Assembly: GCA_001772335.1 (NCBI GenBank)
Contig: METM01000027.1
Coordinates: 21,776 to 84,470, forward strand
From: a candidate division WOR-1 bacterium RIFCSPHIGHO2_01_FULL_53_15
GTDB taxonomy: Bacteria; Margulisbacteria; WOR-1; O2-12-FULL-45-9; XYB2-FULL-48-7
Length of the DNA stretch: 62,695 bases
Direction: 5' to 3'
This document shows, in pieces, positions 1 through 8,417 of the stretch. The translations under genes were made by a program, and so were the position numbers. Position 1 is the stretch's first letter. Each line of letters begins with the position of its first letter. The notes below the pieces were generated by a model. That model saw only the letters and a list, made by a program, of their open reading frames with translations, made no database searches and was not told where the DNA came from.

Positions 1-80
1 AGCAGATGGCGCGCCTGAAAGCTCCAGTCGATGATTGGGCCAAGATGGAAAAGGGGATTATTCGCGCTCACAGCCGATGA
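1..80 (+). CDS. 3' fragment of a putative antitoxin gene (truncated by window edge)
   Basis: The frame is open from the window edge (...MARLKAPVDDWAKMEKGIIRAHSR*). Its TGA at 78-80 overlaps the ATG (77-79) of the PIN toxin gene, the usual antitoxin-toxin layout. Confidence 0.35.
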   Translation, partial: QMARLKAPVDDWAKMEKGIIRAHSR

Positions 81-493
81 AAAGCTATTTTCTGGACACG
101 AACATCCTGATCTACGCCCACGGCTCAGCGCATAGATATAAAGAGCCCTGTCAGGCAATCTTGCGCCTGGCCGCCTCCGATGAGCTCTTCGGCGTGACAA
201 ATACCGAAGTCCTGCAAGAGATTTTGTACCGCTATTTTTCCCTCGGACAGAGAACTATAGGCATAAGGATTGTCGAAAATACTCTCGCAGTCATACATGA
301 GGTCTTGCCGGTCGAGAAAGCCGATATTCTGCTTTCCGTCAATTTATTGAACCGTTATCGCCATCTGAATGTCAGGGACGCGATCCATGCCGCCACGGCC
401 CTGCGAGGCAATTTTAAATATATTTTGAGCGTTGATAAGCATTTCGATAAAATAAACGGCTTGCAAAGAGTCGATCCTTTAGAAATATTATGA
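77..493 (+). CDS. vapC: PIN-domain toxin (VapC-like)
   Basis: MKSYFLDTNILIYAH..TNTEVLQE..RDAIHAA..SVDKHF gives the four acidic PIN residues in order. The internal ATG at 77 is preferred over 35 because it overlaps the upstream stop. Confidence 0.8.
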   Translation: MKSYFLDTNILIYAHGSAHRYKEPCQAILRLAASDELFGVTNTEVLQEILYRYFSLGQRTIGIRIVENTLAVIHEVLPVEKADILLSVNLLNRYRHLNVRDAIHAATALRGNFKYILSVDKHFDKINGLQRVDPLEIL

Positions 494-1635
494 AAAAAGC
501 CATCGCCATCCTCGGTTCCACCGGCTCGATAGGCAAACAATGCCTTGAGGTCGTCTCGATCTTCCCCAGCCGCCTGCGGGTGGCGGCTCTGGCCACAAGA
601 GACGATATCGACACGATCGTGGAACAGGTCAAGAAATTCCAGCCGCGTATCATTTCCGTTCTCAATGATGAAGTCAAAGCCAAGGTCGAAGCCAAGCTGG
701 CTGGCGCCAAAGTCGAGATCTTTACCGGCGCCGAAGGCCTGCTCAAAGTCGCCACCGCTGCCGACGCCAAAATGGTCGTCGTAGCGATCCCCGGCTCGCT
801 TGCTCTGACCGCCGTCCTTGAAGCGGTCAAGCTCAAGAAAGATATTGCTCTGGCGACGAAAGAAGTCCTCGTCGCCGCCGGAGAGATCTTCATGAATGGA
901 GTCAAAGCCGCCGGTGTTAAAGTTTTTCCGATCGATTCGGAGCATAGCGCCATCGCCCAATGCCTGCGCGGCGAAGATAAGAAAACGATCAAAAAGATAA
1001 TTCTGACCGCTTCCGGCGGGCCGTTCCTGAAAACGCCGGCCGAAAAGCTGGTTCAGATGACCGCCAAGGATGCGCTCAAGCACCCAACCTGGAAAATGGG
1101 GCCCAAGATCACGATCGATTCGGCCACGCTGATGAACAAGGGCTTTGAGGTCATCGAGGCCCATTACCTGTTCGGGCTCGACTATGCGCAGATCGAGGTG
1201 ATTATCCACCCGGAGAGCATCATCCACTCGATGGTCGAGTTTGTCGATGGCTCAATTAAGGCCCAACTTGGCGCGCCGGATATGAGAGTCCCGATCCAGT
1301 ACGCCCTGCTTGAGGAAGAGCGCCAGGCCAATCACTGGGGCCGCCTTGATTTCGCCAAAGTCGCCGGTTTAACTTTCCAGAAGCCGGATAAAATGAAGTT
1401 CCCCTGCCTCGAATACGCCTATGTGGCCGGCAAAGCCAAAGGAACATTGCCCGCCATCCTCAACGCGGCCAATGAAGAAGCGGTTAATCAATTTTTGAAA
1501 GGCAGGTTTAATTTCGACCAGATAGCCGTTAAAATAAAAGCGGTCATGGGCCAGTATCAGAGCAAGGAAAGCCCTGCGCTTAATGATATCCTGGCCGCTG
1601 ACCAGGCCGCCAGAGCGGCCGCCGCTGCAATTTGA
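490..1635 (+). CDS. dxr: 1-deoxy-D-xylulose 5-phosphate reductoisomerase
   Basis: N-terminal ILGSTGSIGKQCL NADPH motif, PIDSEHSAI and HPTWKMGPKITIDSATLMNKG motifs. Length is 381 aa. Confidence 0.95.
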   Translation: MKKAIAILGSTGSIGKQCLEVVSIFPSRLRVAALATRDDIDTIVEQVKKFQPRIISVLNDEVKAKVEAKLAGAKVEIFTGAEGLLKVATAADAKMVVVAIPGSLALTAVLEAVKLKKDIALATKEVLVAAGEIFMNGVKAAGVKVFPIDSEHSAIAQCLRGEDKKTIKKIILTASGGPFLKTPAEKLVQMTAKDALKHPTWKMGPKITIDSATLMNKGFEVIEAHYLFGLDYAQIEVIIHPESIIHSMVEFVDGSIKAQLGAPDMRVPIQYALLEEERQANHWGRLDFAKVAGLTFQKPDKMKFPCLEYAYVAGKAKGTLPAILNAANEEAVNQFLKGRFNFDQIAVKIKAVMGQYQSKESPALNDILAADQAARAAAAAI

Positions 1636-1661
1636 GCGCAAACCTGACGATAATATAATAT

Positions 1662-2276
1662 ATGGCTATTTCCTGGCGTCCAGTGGCTGGCAGAATATTT
1701 GCCGGCATCGGTAATTTGATCCTAGAAAAACCGGCCCGGGTCGGCCTGCTCACCGGGCCGAAGACCTTGATCTATGTCCATCCGCCAGATGTTTCTCTTG
1801 CCGCTGACAACCTCGCCAAAATCAGGACCGGATTGATGGGGCCGAATGAACCAGTTTTGACCATGCAAGAAAGCGAGGCCGCGACTTTTGGCGGGTTTTC
1901 TTCTCTGCTCCAACTTCTGGCCAAGCCCGGACAGCCGGCCTCTGACCGTTTTATCCTGACCGGCAGCGGCGCCAAGTCTTGCCTTCATCAGGCGTTCAGT
2001 CTGATCATTAAAGAGACCCTGAAGCACTCTCTGCGCCCGATCGAATTCTATTTCCCGCTCGACAGCATCCATGAATATTATGAGGATGGGGAGGAGTCGG
2101 CCAAGCGCGTCCTTTTCTATCTCAAGTCATATCAAAGCGAAGCCAGGCGGCTGGGCTTCTCCTCCGCCACCTGGCTTGATGACACCCTGCTGAATAGAAG
2201 AAGAATCGAGAACCCCCTGGTCAGGATCCGTCTCTACTCGACGACCGACAAACTGCTGCAAATCCTTTCATATTGA
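1662..2276 (+). CDS. hypothetical protein
   Basis: A 204-aa ORF fills the gap between dxr and thrS. No motif recognised. Confidence 0.45.
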   Translation: MAISWRPVAGRIFAGIGNLILEKPARVGLLTGPKTLIYVHPPDVSLAADNLAKIRTGLMGPNEPVLTMQESEAATFGGFSSLLQLLAKPGQPASDRFILTGSGAKSCLHQAFSLIIKETLKHSLRPIEFYFPLDSIHEYYEDGEESAKRVLFYLKSYQSEARRLGFSSATWLDDTLLNRRRIENPLVRIRLYSTTDKLLQILSY

Positions 2277-2330
2277 CAGCCATAGCTTGTTTGCCACCCG
2301 TTCCCCCGTCGTGATATACTATAAATCACG

Positions 2331-4070
2331 ATGACAAAAGCGGATCTCGACCTCGAAACCCTCCGCCACTCAACCGCCCACGTGCTGGCCCACGCCGTGC
2401 GGGAACTTTTCCCCGGCGTCAAACTCGGCATCGGGCCCGCGATCGAGAGCGGTTTTTACTACGATTTTGATCTGCCGACACAGATCACGCCCGAAGACCT
2501 GCCCAAAATCGAGGAGAAGATGCGCGAGATCATTAAACATGAGCACAAATTCGAGCGGCAGGAAATGGGCAAAACCAAAGCGATCGAATTATTCGAAGAA
2601 CGCGGCGAAAAATACAAAGTCGAACTGCTCCATGAGATCGAGGATGACAAGGTCAGCGTCTACAAGAGCGGCGATTTTATCGACCTCTGCCGCGGCCCGC
2701 ACATCGAACACACCGGCCATATCAAGGCCTTCAAGCTCCTCTCCATCGCCGGCGCCTACTGGCACGGCATCGAGACAAACCCGATGATGCAGAGGATCTA
2801 CGGCGCGGCCTTCCCATCCCAGAAAGAACTCGACGAGTACATCAAAAACCTCGAGGAAGCCAAGAAAAGAGACCATCGCAAACTCGGCAAGGACCTTGAT
2901 CTCTTCTCGATTCACGAGGAGGCCGGCGCCGGCTTTGTCTATTATCATCCCAAAGGGGCGGTCGTCCGCGGCCTGATCGAGGACTTTTTACGCAAGGAGA
3001 ACAAGAAAAGGGATTATGAATCGGTCTATATCCCACACCTGGCCAAGATCGATCTCTGGAACACCTCCGGCCACAGCAACTACTACCGCGAGAATATGTA
3101 CTTCATGAAGATCGACAAGCAGGAGTATGTCGTCAAGCCGATGAACTGCCCGGGCCATATCCTTATTTTTAAAAGAAAAACCCGCAGTTACCGCGATCTC
3201 CCCATCCGCTACTTTGAGCTGGGGACCGTCTATCGCTACGAAAAATCGGGCGTCCTGCACGGCCTCCTGCGGGTGCGCGGCTTCACCCAGGACGACGCCC
3301 ACATCTTCTGCCGCGAGGATCAGTTAGAGGACGAAATTCTAAATATTATCGATTTTATAACTTTTGTCATGAAGGTTTTCGGCTTCGAATTCAAGGTCAA
3401 TCTCTCGACGCGGCCGGAAAAATTCGCCGGCACGCCGGAAAACTGGGAGCGGGCCACCGCCGTCCTCGAAAAATCGCTGTTGGACAGGAACCTGCCTTTC
3501 GAGATCGATCCCGGCGCCGGGGTTTTCTACGGCCCCAAGATCGACATCAAGCTCAAGGATTCCATCGGGCGCGAATGGCAGGGGCCGACCGTCCAGGTCG
3601 ATTTTAACCTCCCCCAGCGCTTCGACCTGACCTATATCGATGAGACCGGCAAGGAAAAGACGCCGGTCATGGTCCACCGTGCGATCCTGGGCAGTTTGGA
3701 GCGATTCATCGGGGCCCTGATCGAACACTACGCCGGCGCTTTCCCCGTCTGGCTGGCGCCGACGCAGGTCAGCGTCCTGCCCATCTCGGATAAATACCTT
3801 GGTTACGCCGAAAAGATCGCCGGAGAGCTCAAAGAGAATGATGTGCGCGTCGAGGTCGACCGCCGCGGCGAAAAGATCGGCGCCAAGATTCGCGACACCC
3901 AGATGCAGAAGGTCCCCTACATGCTGATCGTGGGGGGAAAAGAGGCAACCGCAGGCACAGTCGCGGTCAGGCACAGAAGCAAGGGCGACCTGGGAGCGAA
4001 ACCGCTGGCCGATTTTCTTTTTGACCTCAAGCCGGAAATGAGCTATAATACACTTAATGGGGGCCACTAA
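2331..4070 (+). CDS. thrS: threonine--tRNA ligase (begins at the editing/second additional domain; no N-terminal TGS domain)
   Basis: HSTAHVLAHAV..GFYYDF editing-domain motifs, class II core (MNCPGH, FRYE..SG.LHGL.RVRGFTQDDAHIF) and an anticodon-binding C-terminus. Confidence 0.95.
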   Translation: MTKADLDLETLRHSTAHVLAHAVRELFPGVKLGIGPAIESGFYYDFDLPTQITPEDLPKIEEKMREIIKHEHKFERQEMGKTKAIELFEERGEKYKVELLHEIEDDKVSVYKSGDFIDLCRGPHIEHTGHIKAFKLLSIAGAYWHGIETNPMMQRIYGAAFPSQKELDEYIKNLEEAKKRDHRKLGKDLDLFSIHEEAGAGFVYYHPKGAVVRGLIEDFLRKENKKRDYESVYIPHLAKIDLWNTSGHSNYYRENMYFMKIDKQEYVVKPMNCPGHILIFKRKTRSYRDLPIRYFELGTVYRYEKSGVLHGLLRVRGFTQDDAHIFCREDQLEDEILNIIDFITFVMKVFGFEFKVNLSTRPEKFAGTPENWERATAVLEKSLLDRNLPFEIDPGAGVFYGPKIDIKLKDSIGREWQGPTVQVDFNLPQRFDLTYIDETGKEKTPVMVHRAILGSLERFIGALIEHYAGAFPVWLAPTQVSVLPISDKYLGYAEKIAGELKENDVRVEVDRRGEKIGAKIRDTQMQKVPYMLIVGGKEATAGTVAVRHRSKGDLGAKPLADFLFDLKPEMSYNTLNGGH

Positions 4071-4072
4071 GT

Positions 4073-4579
4073 ATTAGGGACTATTCGATAAACGAGCGGA
4101 TCTGGGCGAAAGAAGTTCGGCTCATCGACGAAGAAAGCAAACAGCTTGGCGTCGTGGCAACCCCTGAAGCCCTGCGGCTCGCCAGAGAGCGCGGCCTTGA
4201 CCTGGTCCTGATCGCGCCGGCTTCCAAGCCGCCCGTGGCGCGCATCGCCGATTACGGCAAATTGCGCTACGAACTGCAGAAGAAAGAAAAGGAAGGTCGC
4301 AAATCGTCAAAGGGCGGCATCACCAAAGAGATCAAGCTCTCGCAAAAGATCGCCCAGCATGATTTTGACGTCAGGGTCGCTAAGACCAAAGAGCTCCTGG
4401 CCAAGGGTTTCAAGGTCAAGGTCAACATCATGTTCCGGGGCCGGGAAATGGCGCACAAAGAGCTCGGCCATAAGCTGCTGGCGCGTTTCCTGGAAGTGAT
4501 CGGCGAAGCCGCAAAGATCGAAGCGCCGCCCAAGATGGAAGGCCGGAGTTTGAATCTCTTGCTGGGGCCGAAAAAATAA
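4073..4579 (+). CDS. infC: translation initiation factor IF-3 with a non-AUG start (ATT 4073 or ATA 4088)
   Basis: The conserved IF-3 N-terminus INERIWAKEVRLIDEE.KQLGV is encoded upstream of the GTG at 4154 used in the ORF track. The frame is open back to just after the thrS stop and has no ATG/GTG/TTG. Atypical IF-3 starts are a well-known autoregulatory feature. Confidence 0.8.
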   Translation: MRDYSINERIWAKEVRLIDEESKQLGVVATPEALRLARERGLDLVLIAPASKPPVARIADYGKLRYELQKKEKEGRKSSKGGITKEIKLSQKIAQHDFDVRVAKTKELLAKGFKVKVNIMFRGREMAHKELGHKLLARFLEVIGEAAKIEAPPKMEGRSLNLLLGPKK

Positions 4580-4580
4580 T

Positions 4581-4787
4581 ATGCCGAAAATTAAAACAAG
4601 AAAAGCCGCCGCCAAAAGATTTATCATAAAAAAATCGGGCACGATCATGCGCCGGCACGCCAAACTGCGCCACCTGCTCGAGTGGAAATCGACGTCACAG
4701 CGCCGGCGGCTGAAGCGCAAATCGGTCGTTTCGCCCGCCGACGAGACCAGGATAAGAGTCATGCTGCCGGGCGGCGCCAATGGTTAG
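4581..4787 (+). CDS. rpmI: 50S ribosomal protein L35
   Basis: MPKIKTRKAAAKRF N-terminus. Sits in the canonical infC-rpmI-rplT order. Confidence 0.9.
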   Translation: MPKIKTRKAAAKRFIIKKSGTIMRRHAKLRHLLEWKSTSQRRRLKRKSVVSPADETRIRVMLPGGANG

Positions 4788-5139
4788 GGTCAAAAGAGGC
4801 TTTGTCGCCCGCAGAAAAAGAAAGAAGATACTGAAGCGGGCCAAGGGCTTCCGGATCACTTTACGAACGCAGATCAGGCGGGCCAAGACCGCCGTCTTTA
4901 AAGCGAAAAGACACGCCACGATCGGCCGCAAGCAGAAGAAGCAGGCCATGCGCCGGCTCTGGGCGACCAGGATCAACGCCGCCGCCCGCGGTCTGGGCCT
5001 CAAATACAACGAGTTGATCCACAAATTGAAGCAAGCCAACATTATGTTAGACCGCAAGGTGCTGGCCGATCTGGCCGTCAATGATTTTGGCGCTTTCACG
5101 AAAGTAGTCGAGTCCGCCCGCCGGCCGGCGGGCAAGTAA
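4780..5139 (+). CDS. rplT: 50S ribosomal protein L20
   Basis: MVRVKRGFVARRKRKKILKRAKGF signature. Overlaps rpmI by 8 nt. Confidence 0.95.
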   Translation: MVRVKRGFVARRKRKKILKRAKGFRITLRTQIRRAKTAVFKAKRHATIGRKQKKQAMRRLWATRINAAARGLGLKYNELIHKLKQANIMLDRKVLADLAVNDFGAFTKVVESARRPAGK

Positions 5140-5147
5140 AAAACCCG

Positions 5148-5639
5148 ATGATCGAAATGCAGGTCGGGGGCCTGGGCTTTGATCCCCGGAATTTGTCTCC
5201 CATAGTTCTTCTCCGCGACCCGGAAGAGATGAATTTCCTCCCCATCTGGATCGGCGTTTTTGAGGCCGCCGCCATCGCCATGGAGCTGCAGGGAGCGCAG
5301 CCGCCCCGCCCGATGACCCATGATCTCCTGAGGAACGCCATCGAAAGCCTGGGCGGCAAACTCCAGAAGATAATCATTAATGACGTCAAAGACGGCACAT
5401 TCTTCGCGCTGGTTGACGTTGAGGTAAAAGACGGCAAGACCCTGAGCCTTGACGCGCGGCCCTCCGACGCGATCGCGCTGGCCGTGCGCGGGCACGTGCC
5501 GATCTTCGTCTCAGAGGTCGTCATGATGCAGGCCAAGCTGGTCAATTCAGAAAAAGACGCCGAGGAGACAAAGAAGTTCAAGGATTTTATCGAGAACCTG
5601 CGGCCCGAGGACTTTACCAAGTACTACAAAGAAGACTGA
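5148..5639 (+). CDS. bifunctional nuclease (BFN/DUF151) family protein
   Basis: VLLRDPEE..FLPIWIGVFEAAAIA..L.G..PPRPMTHDLL is the typical BFN-domain core. Confidence 0.75.
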   Translation: MIEMQVGGLGFDPRNLSPIVLLRDPEEMNFLPIWIGVFEAAAIAMELQGAQPPRPMTHDLLRNAIESLGGKLQKIIINDVKDGTFFALVDVEVKDGKTLSLDARPSDAIALAVRGHVPIFVSEVVMMQAKLVNSEKDAEETKKFKDFIENLRPEDFTKYYKED

Positions 5640-5996
5640 TCAGGACCGCGAGATCAGGTAAACACCTAAGATGATGACCGCAATCCCCGCCCAGCGAATT
5701 AGCGTCACATTCTCCTTGAAAAAGAAGAAAGAGAAGATCGCCACCAGCACATAAGCCGCGCTGACCATCGGATAAACGAAGCTTAGCTCCATCCTTGAGA
5801 GAACAACGAGCCAGAAGATCGAAGAGAGGCCAAAGGCGGCAAAGCCGAAAAAGACCCAGGGATTCAGGAACATCGGGATAACCTTGGCGAGCAGCTGGCT
5901 GGCGGGAAATGTCCCGAAGAGCATCATGCCGCGTTTCATCAAAAGCTGTCCCGTCACGGCCAGAAGAATCGAAGTCCCTAATAATATATAATTCAC
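5640..5996 (-). CDS. small EamA/SMR-like membrane protein (ArnE-like)
   Basis: Four predicted TM helices. The start is set at the GTG preceded by AAGGAGAG, not the longer ORF that would overlap the pseudopilin gene. Confidence 0.55.
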   Translation of the reverse strand: MNYILLGTSILLAVTGQLLMKRGMMLFGTFPASQLLAKVIPMFLNPWVFFGFAAFGLSSIFWLVVLSRMELSFVYPMVSAAYVLVAIFSFFFFKENVTLIRWAGIAVIILGVYLISRS

Positions 5997-6030
5997 TTTA
6001 CTCTCCTTGTCTCGAGTTGGCCGAGAGACT

Positions 6031-6453
6031 TTATAATTCTGTCTGACTCTGTGTCTCATACGGCGCCGTTGTAAATTCGATCTTCAAAATGACCCTGACC
6101 CGGCCGCGACTGCCAATAGAATAAAGCCGAGCCTGGTCTTTTTCGCGTACTATCACAAATGTTCCCGACGGCAGCGATCCGCCCTCCCCAACCGCCCCCG
6201 CTTTAAGCCACCTGACGTCATCTTCCGGATAATGCTGCAAGTCGGTGTACCAGCCGGGATTGCGAGCCAATTTAACTTTGCCGGCCTCAAGCCCGGCTTC
6301 GGCCAGCCAGAAAGCCGCCTCCCGCTGTTCGATCAGTACCGCCGTCGTATAAGTATTATAGACCATTTTGGTTAGAATTACAGCCAGCGTCATCAAAACA
6401 GCGCAGAGGCTCACGACCAAAATAAGAGCGGAGCCGCTTCTGAGCCTCATCAA
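6031..6453 (-). CDS. pseudopilin-like protein with an N-terminal hydrophobic helix (PilX/GspK-like)
   Basis: N-terminal SALILVVSLCAVLMTLAVIL helix. Last gene of a four-gene pseudopilin operon with overlapping stops and starts. Confidence 0.5.
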   Translation of the reverse strand: MMRLRSGSALILVVSLCAVLMTLAVILTKMVYNTYTTAVLIEQREAAFWLAEAGLEAGKVKLARNPGWYTDLQHYPEDDVRWLKAGAVGEGGSLPSGTFVIVREKDQARLYSIGSRGRVRVILKIEFTTAPYETQSQTEL

Positions 6454-6872
6454 TTTCTCCCCGAGACAAGATAAGAGAGGTCGTCGATCGAAACATTGAC
6501 CGCCCCAACGGCCGGATAAGAGAAGGCCAACCGCTTGATCTCACCGTCATCGGTCAGATAGGCGGTCGTACTCCCCTTTTTTCTTCTGATCTTCGAATCG
6601 ACCAATTTATAACTCCCGCCCTCGCCGCCGATCTTTAAAAAGACCTCGGCAGAGTTTGAACCGGCCAGGACGGCGCTCGAACGGATGTCGCGGCAGATAC
6701 GCTCGGCCACGATATTGGCGATCTGGAGATGCGCGACCCTCTCATTAATTTTTCGCCACACCCTCAAGCCCTGGCCGAAAGAATAGAAAAGCCCGCTGAC
6801 AAGCGCGGTCAAGAGCGTCAGCGCGACGATCAGCTCGACCAGTGTGAAGCCCGCCTGGCATTTTCTCATCAA
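6450..6872 (-). CDS. prepilin-type N-terminal cleavage/methylation domain protein (minor pseudopilin)
   Basis: QAGFTLVELIVALTLL prepilin motif. Confidence 0.75.
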   Translation of the reverse strand: MMRKCQAGFTLVELIVALTLLTALVSGLFYSFGQGLRVWRKINERVAHLQIANIVAERICRDIRSSAVLAGSNSAEVFLKIGGEGGSYKLVDSKIRRKKGSTTAYLTDDGEIKRLAFSYPAVGAVNVSIDDLSYLVSGRN

Positions 6873-7159
6873 TAACAGCTCCTCAAAGTGTAAAGATTGC
6901 CAACCTGGATCAGACAGAGGTCGGCATCCATTTGAACGATCTTTGTCTCGGCCGAGCTGTATGAGGCAAGTTGGCCAAAAGAGAGGCGGCGCACCTTCTC
7001 CATCTCCGAGCGCGCCGAATAAAGAGAGACCGATCTTGCCCCGGCTCTCGCGACATAATTCATTGAGATCTTTGATAGATAATTGAAGCAGGAGACGGCC
7101 AGAAGGAATAGTGTTCCGGCGACGACAACTTCAACGAGAGTCAAGCCCCTCCTATTCAA
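6869..7159 (-). CDS. prepilin-type N-terminal cleavage/methylation domain protein (minor pseudopilin)
   Basis: RGLTLVEVVVAGTLFLL prepilin motif. Confidence 0.7.
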   Translation of the reverse strand: MNRRGLTLVEVVVAGTLFLLAVSCFNYLSKISMNYVARAGARSVSLYSARSEMEKVRRLSFGQLASYSSAETKIVQMDADLCLIQVGNLYTLRSCY

Positions 7160-7487
7160 TTCTCACCCTCCCGACCGAAGAGACGATGACGCGGCGGCTG
7201 CCGGTTTTGCCTGAAATAATTTCCGTCCCCGAGCCGCCGGGCGGCGGGTTGCCTGTTCTTGAGAATATGAACCGTTTGTCATCGGCCTGAAAACTCTGCT
7301 CCTCGCCAAGGCAGACCGCCTTGATCTGTGTTGTTCGCAGATCGGAAACGAGCTGCTTTGAAGCCGACTCGAGGTAGATCTGCTCCTTAAAACTCGAAAG
7401 CGTCGGAAAAGATAGTAGAAGAACCAGCCCGATAATGCTCGTGACAACCGACAATTCAATTAACGTGAATCCTCCCCTGCCTGCCAT
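7152..7487 (-). CDS. prepilin-type N-terminal cleavage/methylation domain protein (pseudopilin)
   Basis: GRGGFTLIELSVVTSIIGLVLL motif. The start is placed at the internal ATG preceded by AAGGGAGGAAGG. Confidence 0.75.
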   Translation of the reverse strand: MAGRGGFTLIELSVVTSIIGLVLLLSFPTLSSFKEQIYLESASKQLVSDLRTTQIKAVCLGEEQSFQADDKRFIFSRTGNPPPGGSGTEIISGKTGSRRVIVSSVGRVRIE

Positions 7488-7571
7488 CTGCCTTCCTCCC
7501 TTATTTCCGTCCCGGATCTCCAAGTCACCCGATCCCCAAACCCTAATCCCCGGATCTCCGGATATCCCTCC

Positions 7572-8417
7572 CTACTCCCCAACCACCATATTATCGATCA
7601 ACCTTGTTTTCCCTATAAATGCCGCCAATGCAAAAAGGACTTTGCCGCCGATCTTTTTGACTTCCTGCAACGTTTTCGGATCGACTGCCACCAGATAGTC
7701 GAGCCGCACGCTCGGCTCACTGCCGATGAGCGCTCTCAGGCGAAAGAGCAACTTGTTGAGGTCGCGCTCGCCCCCCTTGACCTCCCTCTGCGCCAAGCTC
7801 AAGGCCTTATAGAGAATGACCGCCGATTTCCTCTCTCTTGGATTGAGATAAGCGTTGCGCGAGCTCATGGCCAGACCGTCAAATTCCCGTACGGTGGGGA
7901 GAGACACGACTTCGACCGGCAGGTTGAGGTCGGCGACCAGCTGTTTAATGATGAGCTGCTGCTGGTAATCCTTTTCCCCGAAGAAGGCCAGATCGGGATT
8001 AACAATATTGAAAAGTTTGGTCGCCACGGTCGCCACACCGCGGAAGTGGGCCGGCCGCGAACGCCCGCACATTTTTTTTGAGAGCGCTTCAACCTCAACG
8101 AATGTCTTAAAACCTCCGGGGAACATTTTCTCGGCCGCGGGGAGAAAGAGCGCGTCGATTGCAAAATTCTTGAGCAGTTTTTTGTCTTTACCCAAGCTGC
8201 GGGGGTAGCTGGCGAAATCTTCACTGGGGGCGAACTGGATCGGGTTGACGAAGATGCTGACCACCACGATGTCGCATCTCTTTTTGGCTTCGACGACCAG
8301 CGAGAGGTGGCCTTCGTGGAGCGCCCCCATGGTCGGGACAAAACCGATCTTTTTCCCGTGGGATCTGGCCTTCAGGGAATAGAGGTGCATCTCCCTGAGG
8401 TCTTTGATCTCGCGCAT
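7572..8417 (-). CDS. panC: pantoate--beta-alanine ligase
   Basis: GFVPTMGALHEGHLSL and the FGEKDYQQ motif. Confidence 0.95.
   Translation of the reverse strand: MREIKDLREMHLYSLKARSHGKKIGFVPTMGALHEGHLSLVVEAKKRCDIVVVSIFVNPIQFAPSEDFASYPRSLGKDKKLLKNFAIDALFLPAAEKMFPGGFKTFVEVEALSKKMCGRSRPAHFRGVATVATKLFNIVNPDLAFFGEKDYQQQLIIKQLVADLNLPVEVVSLPTVREFDGLAMSSRNAYLNPRERKSAVILYKALSLAQREVKGGERDLNKLLFRLRALIGSEPSVRLDYLVAVDPKTLQEVKKIGGKVLFALAAFIGKTRLIDNMVVGE

Noticed and set aside
355-1227. Long antisense ORFs opposite well-supported genes. Examples: 355-1227 opposite dxr; 3339-4067 opposite thrS; 12382-12942 opposite mutL; 28226-28960 opposite clpC; 50187-51038; 55249-56193 and 55521-56225 opposite smc; and 57276-58922 opposite the repeat protein.
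   Set aside because: Their translations are low-complexity and Arg/Gly/Ala/Pro-rich with no motifs, and they mirror GC-rich genes that carry clear family signatures. They are typical shadow ORFs.
2331-4070. thrS lacking the N-terminal TGS domain, considered as a possible truncation or pseudogene.
   Set aside because: The ORF is intact and has editing, catalytic and anticodon-binding motifs and a sensible start. TGS-less ThrRS forms exist naturally, so this is not reported as a finding.
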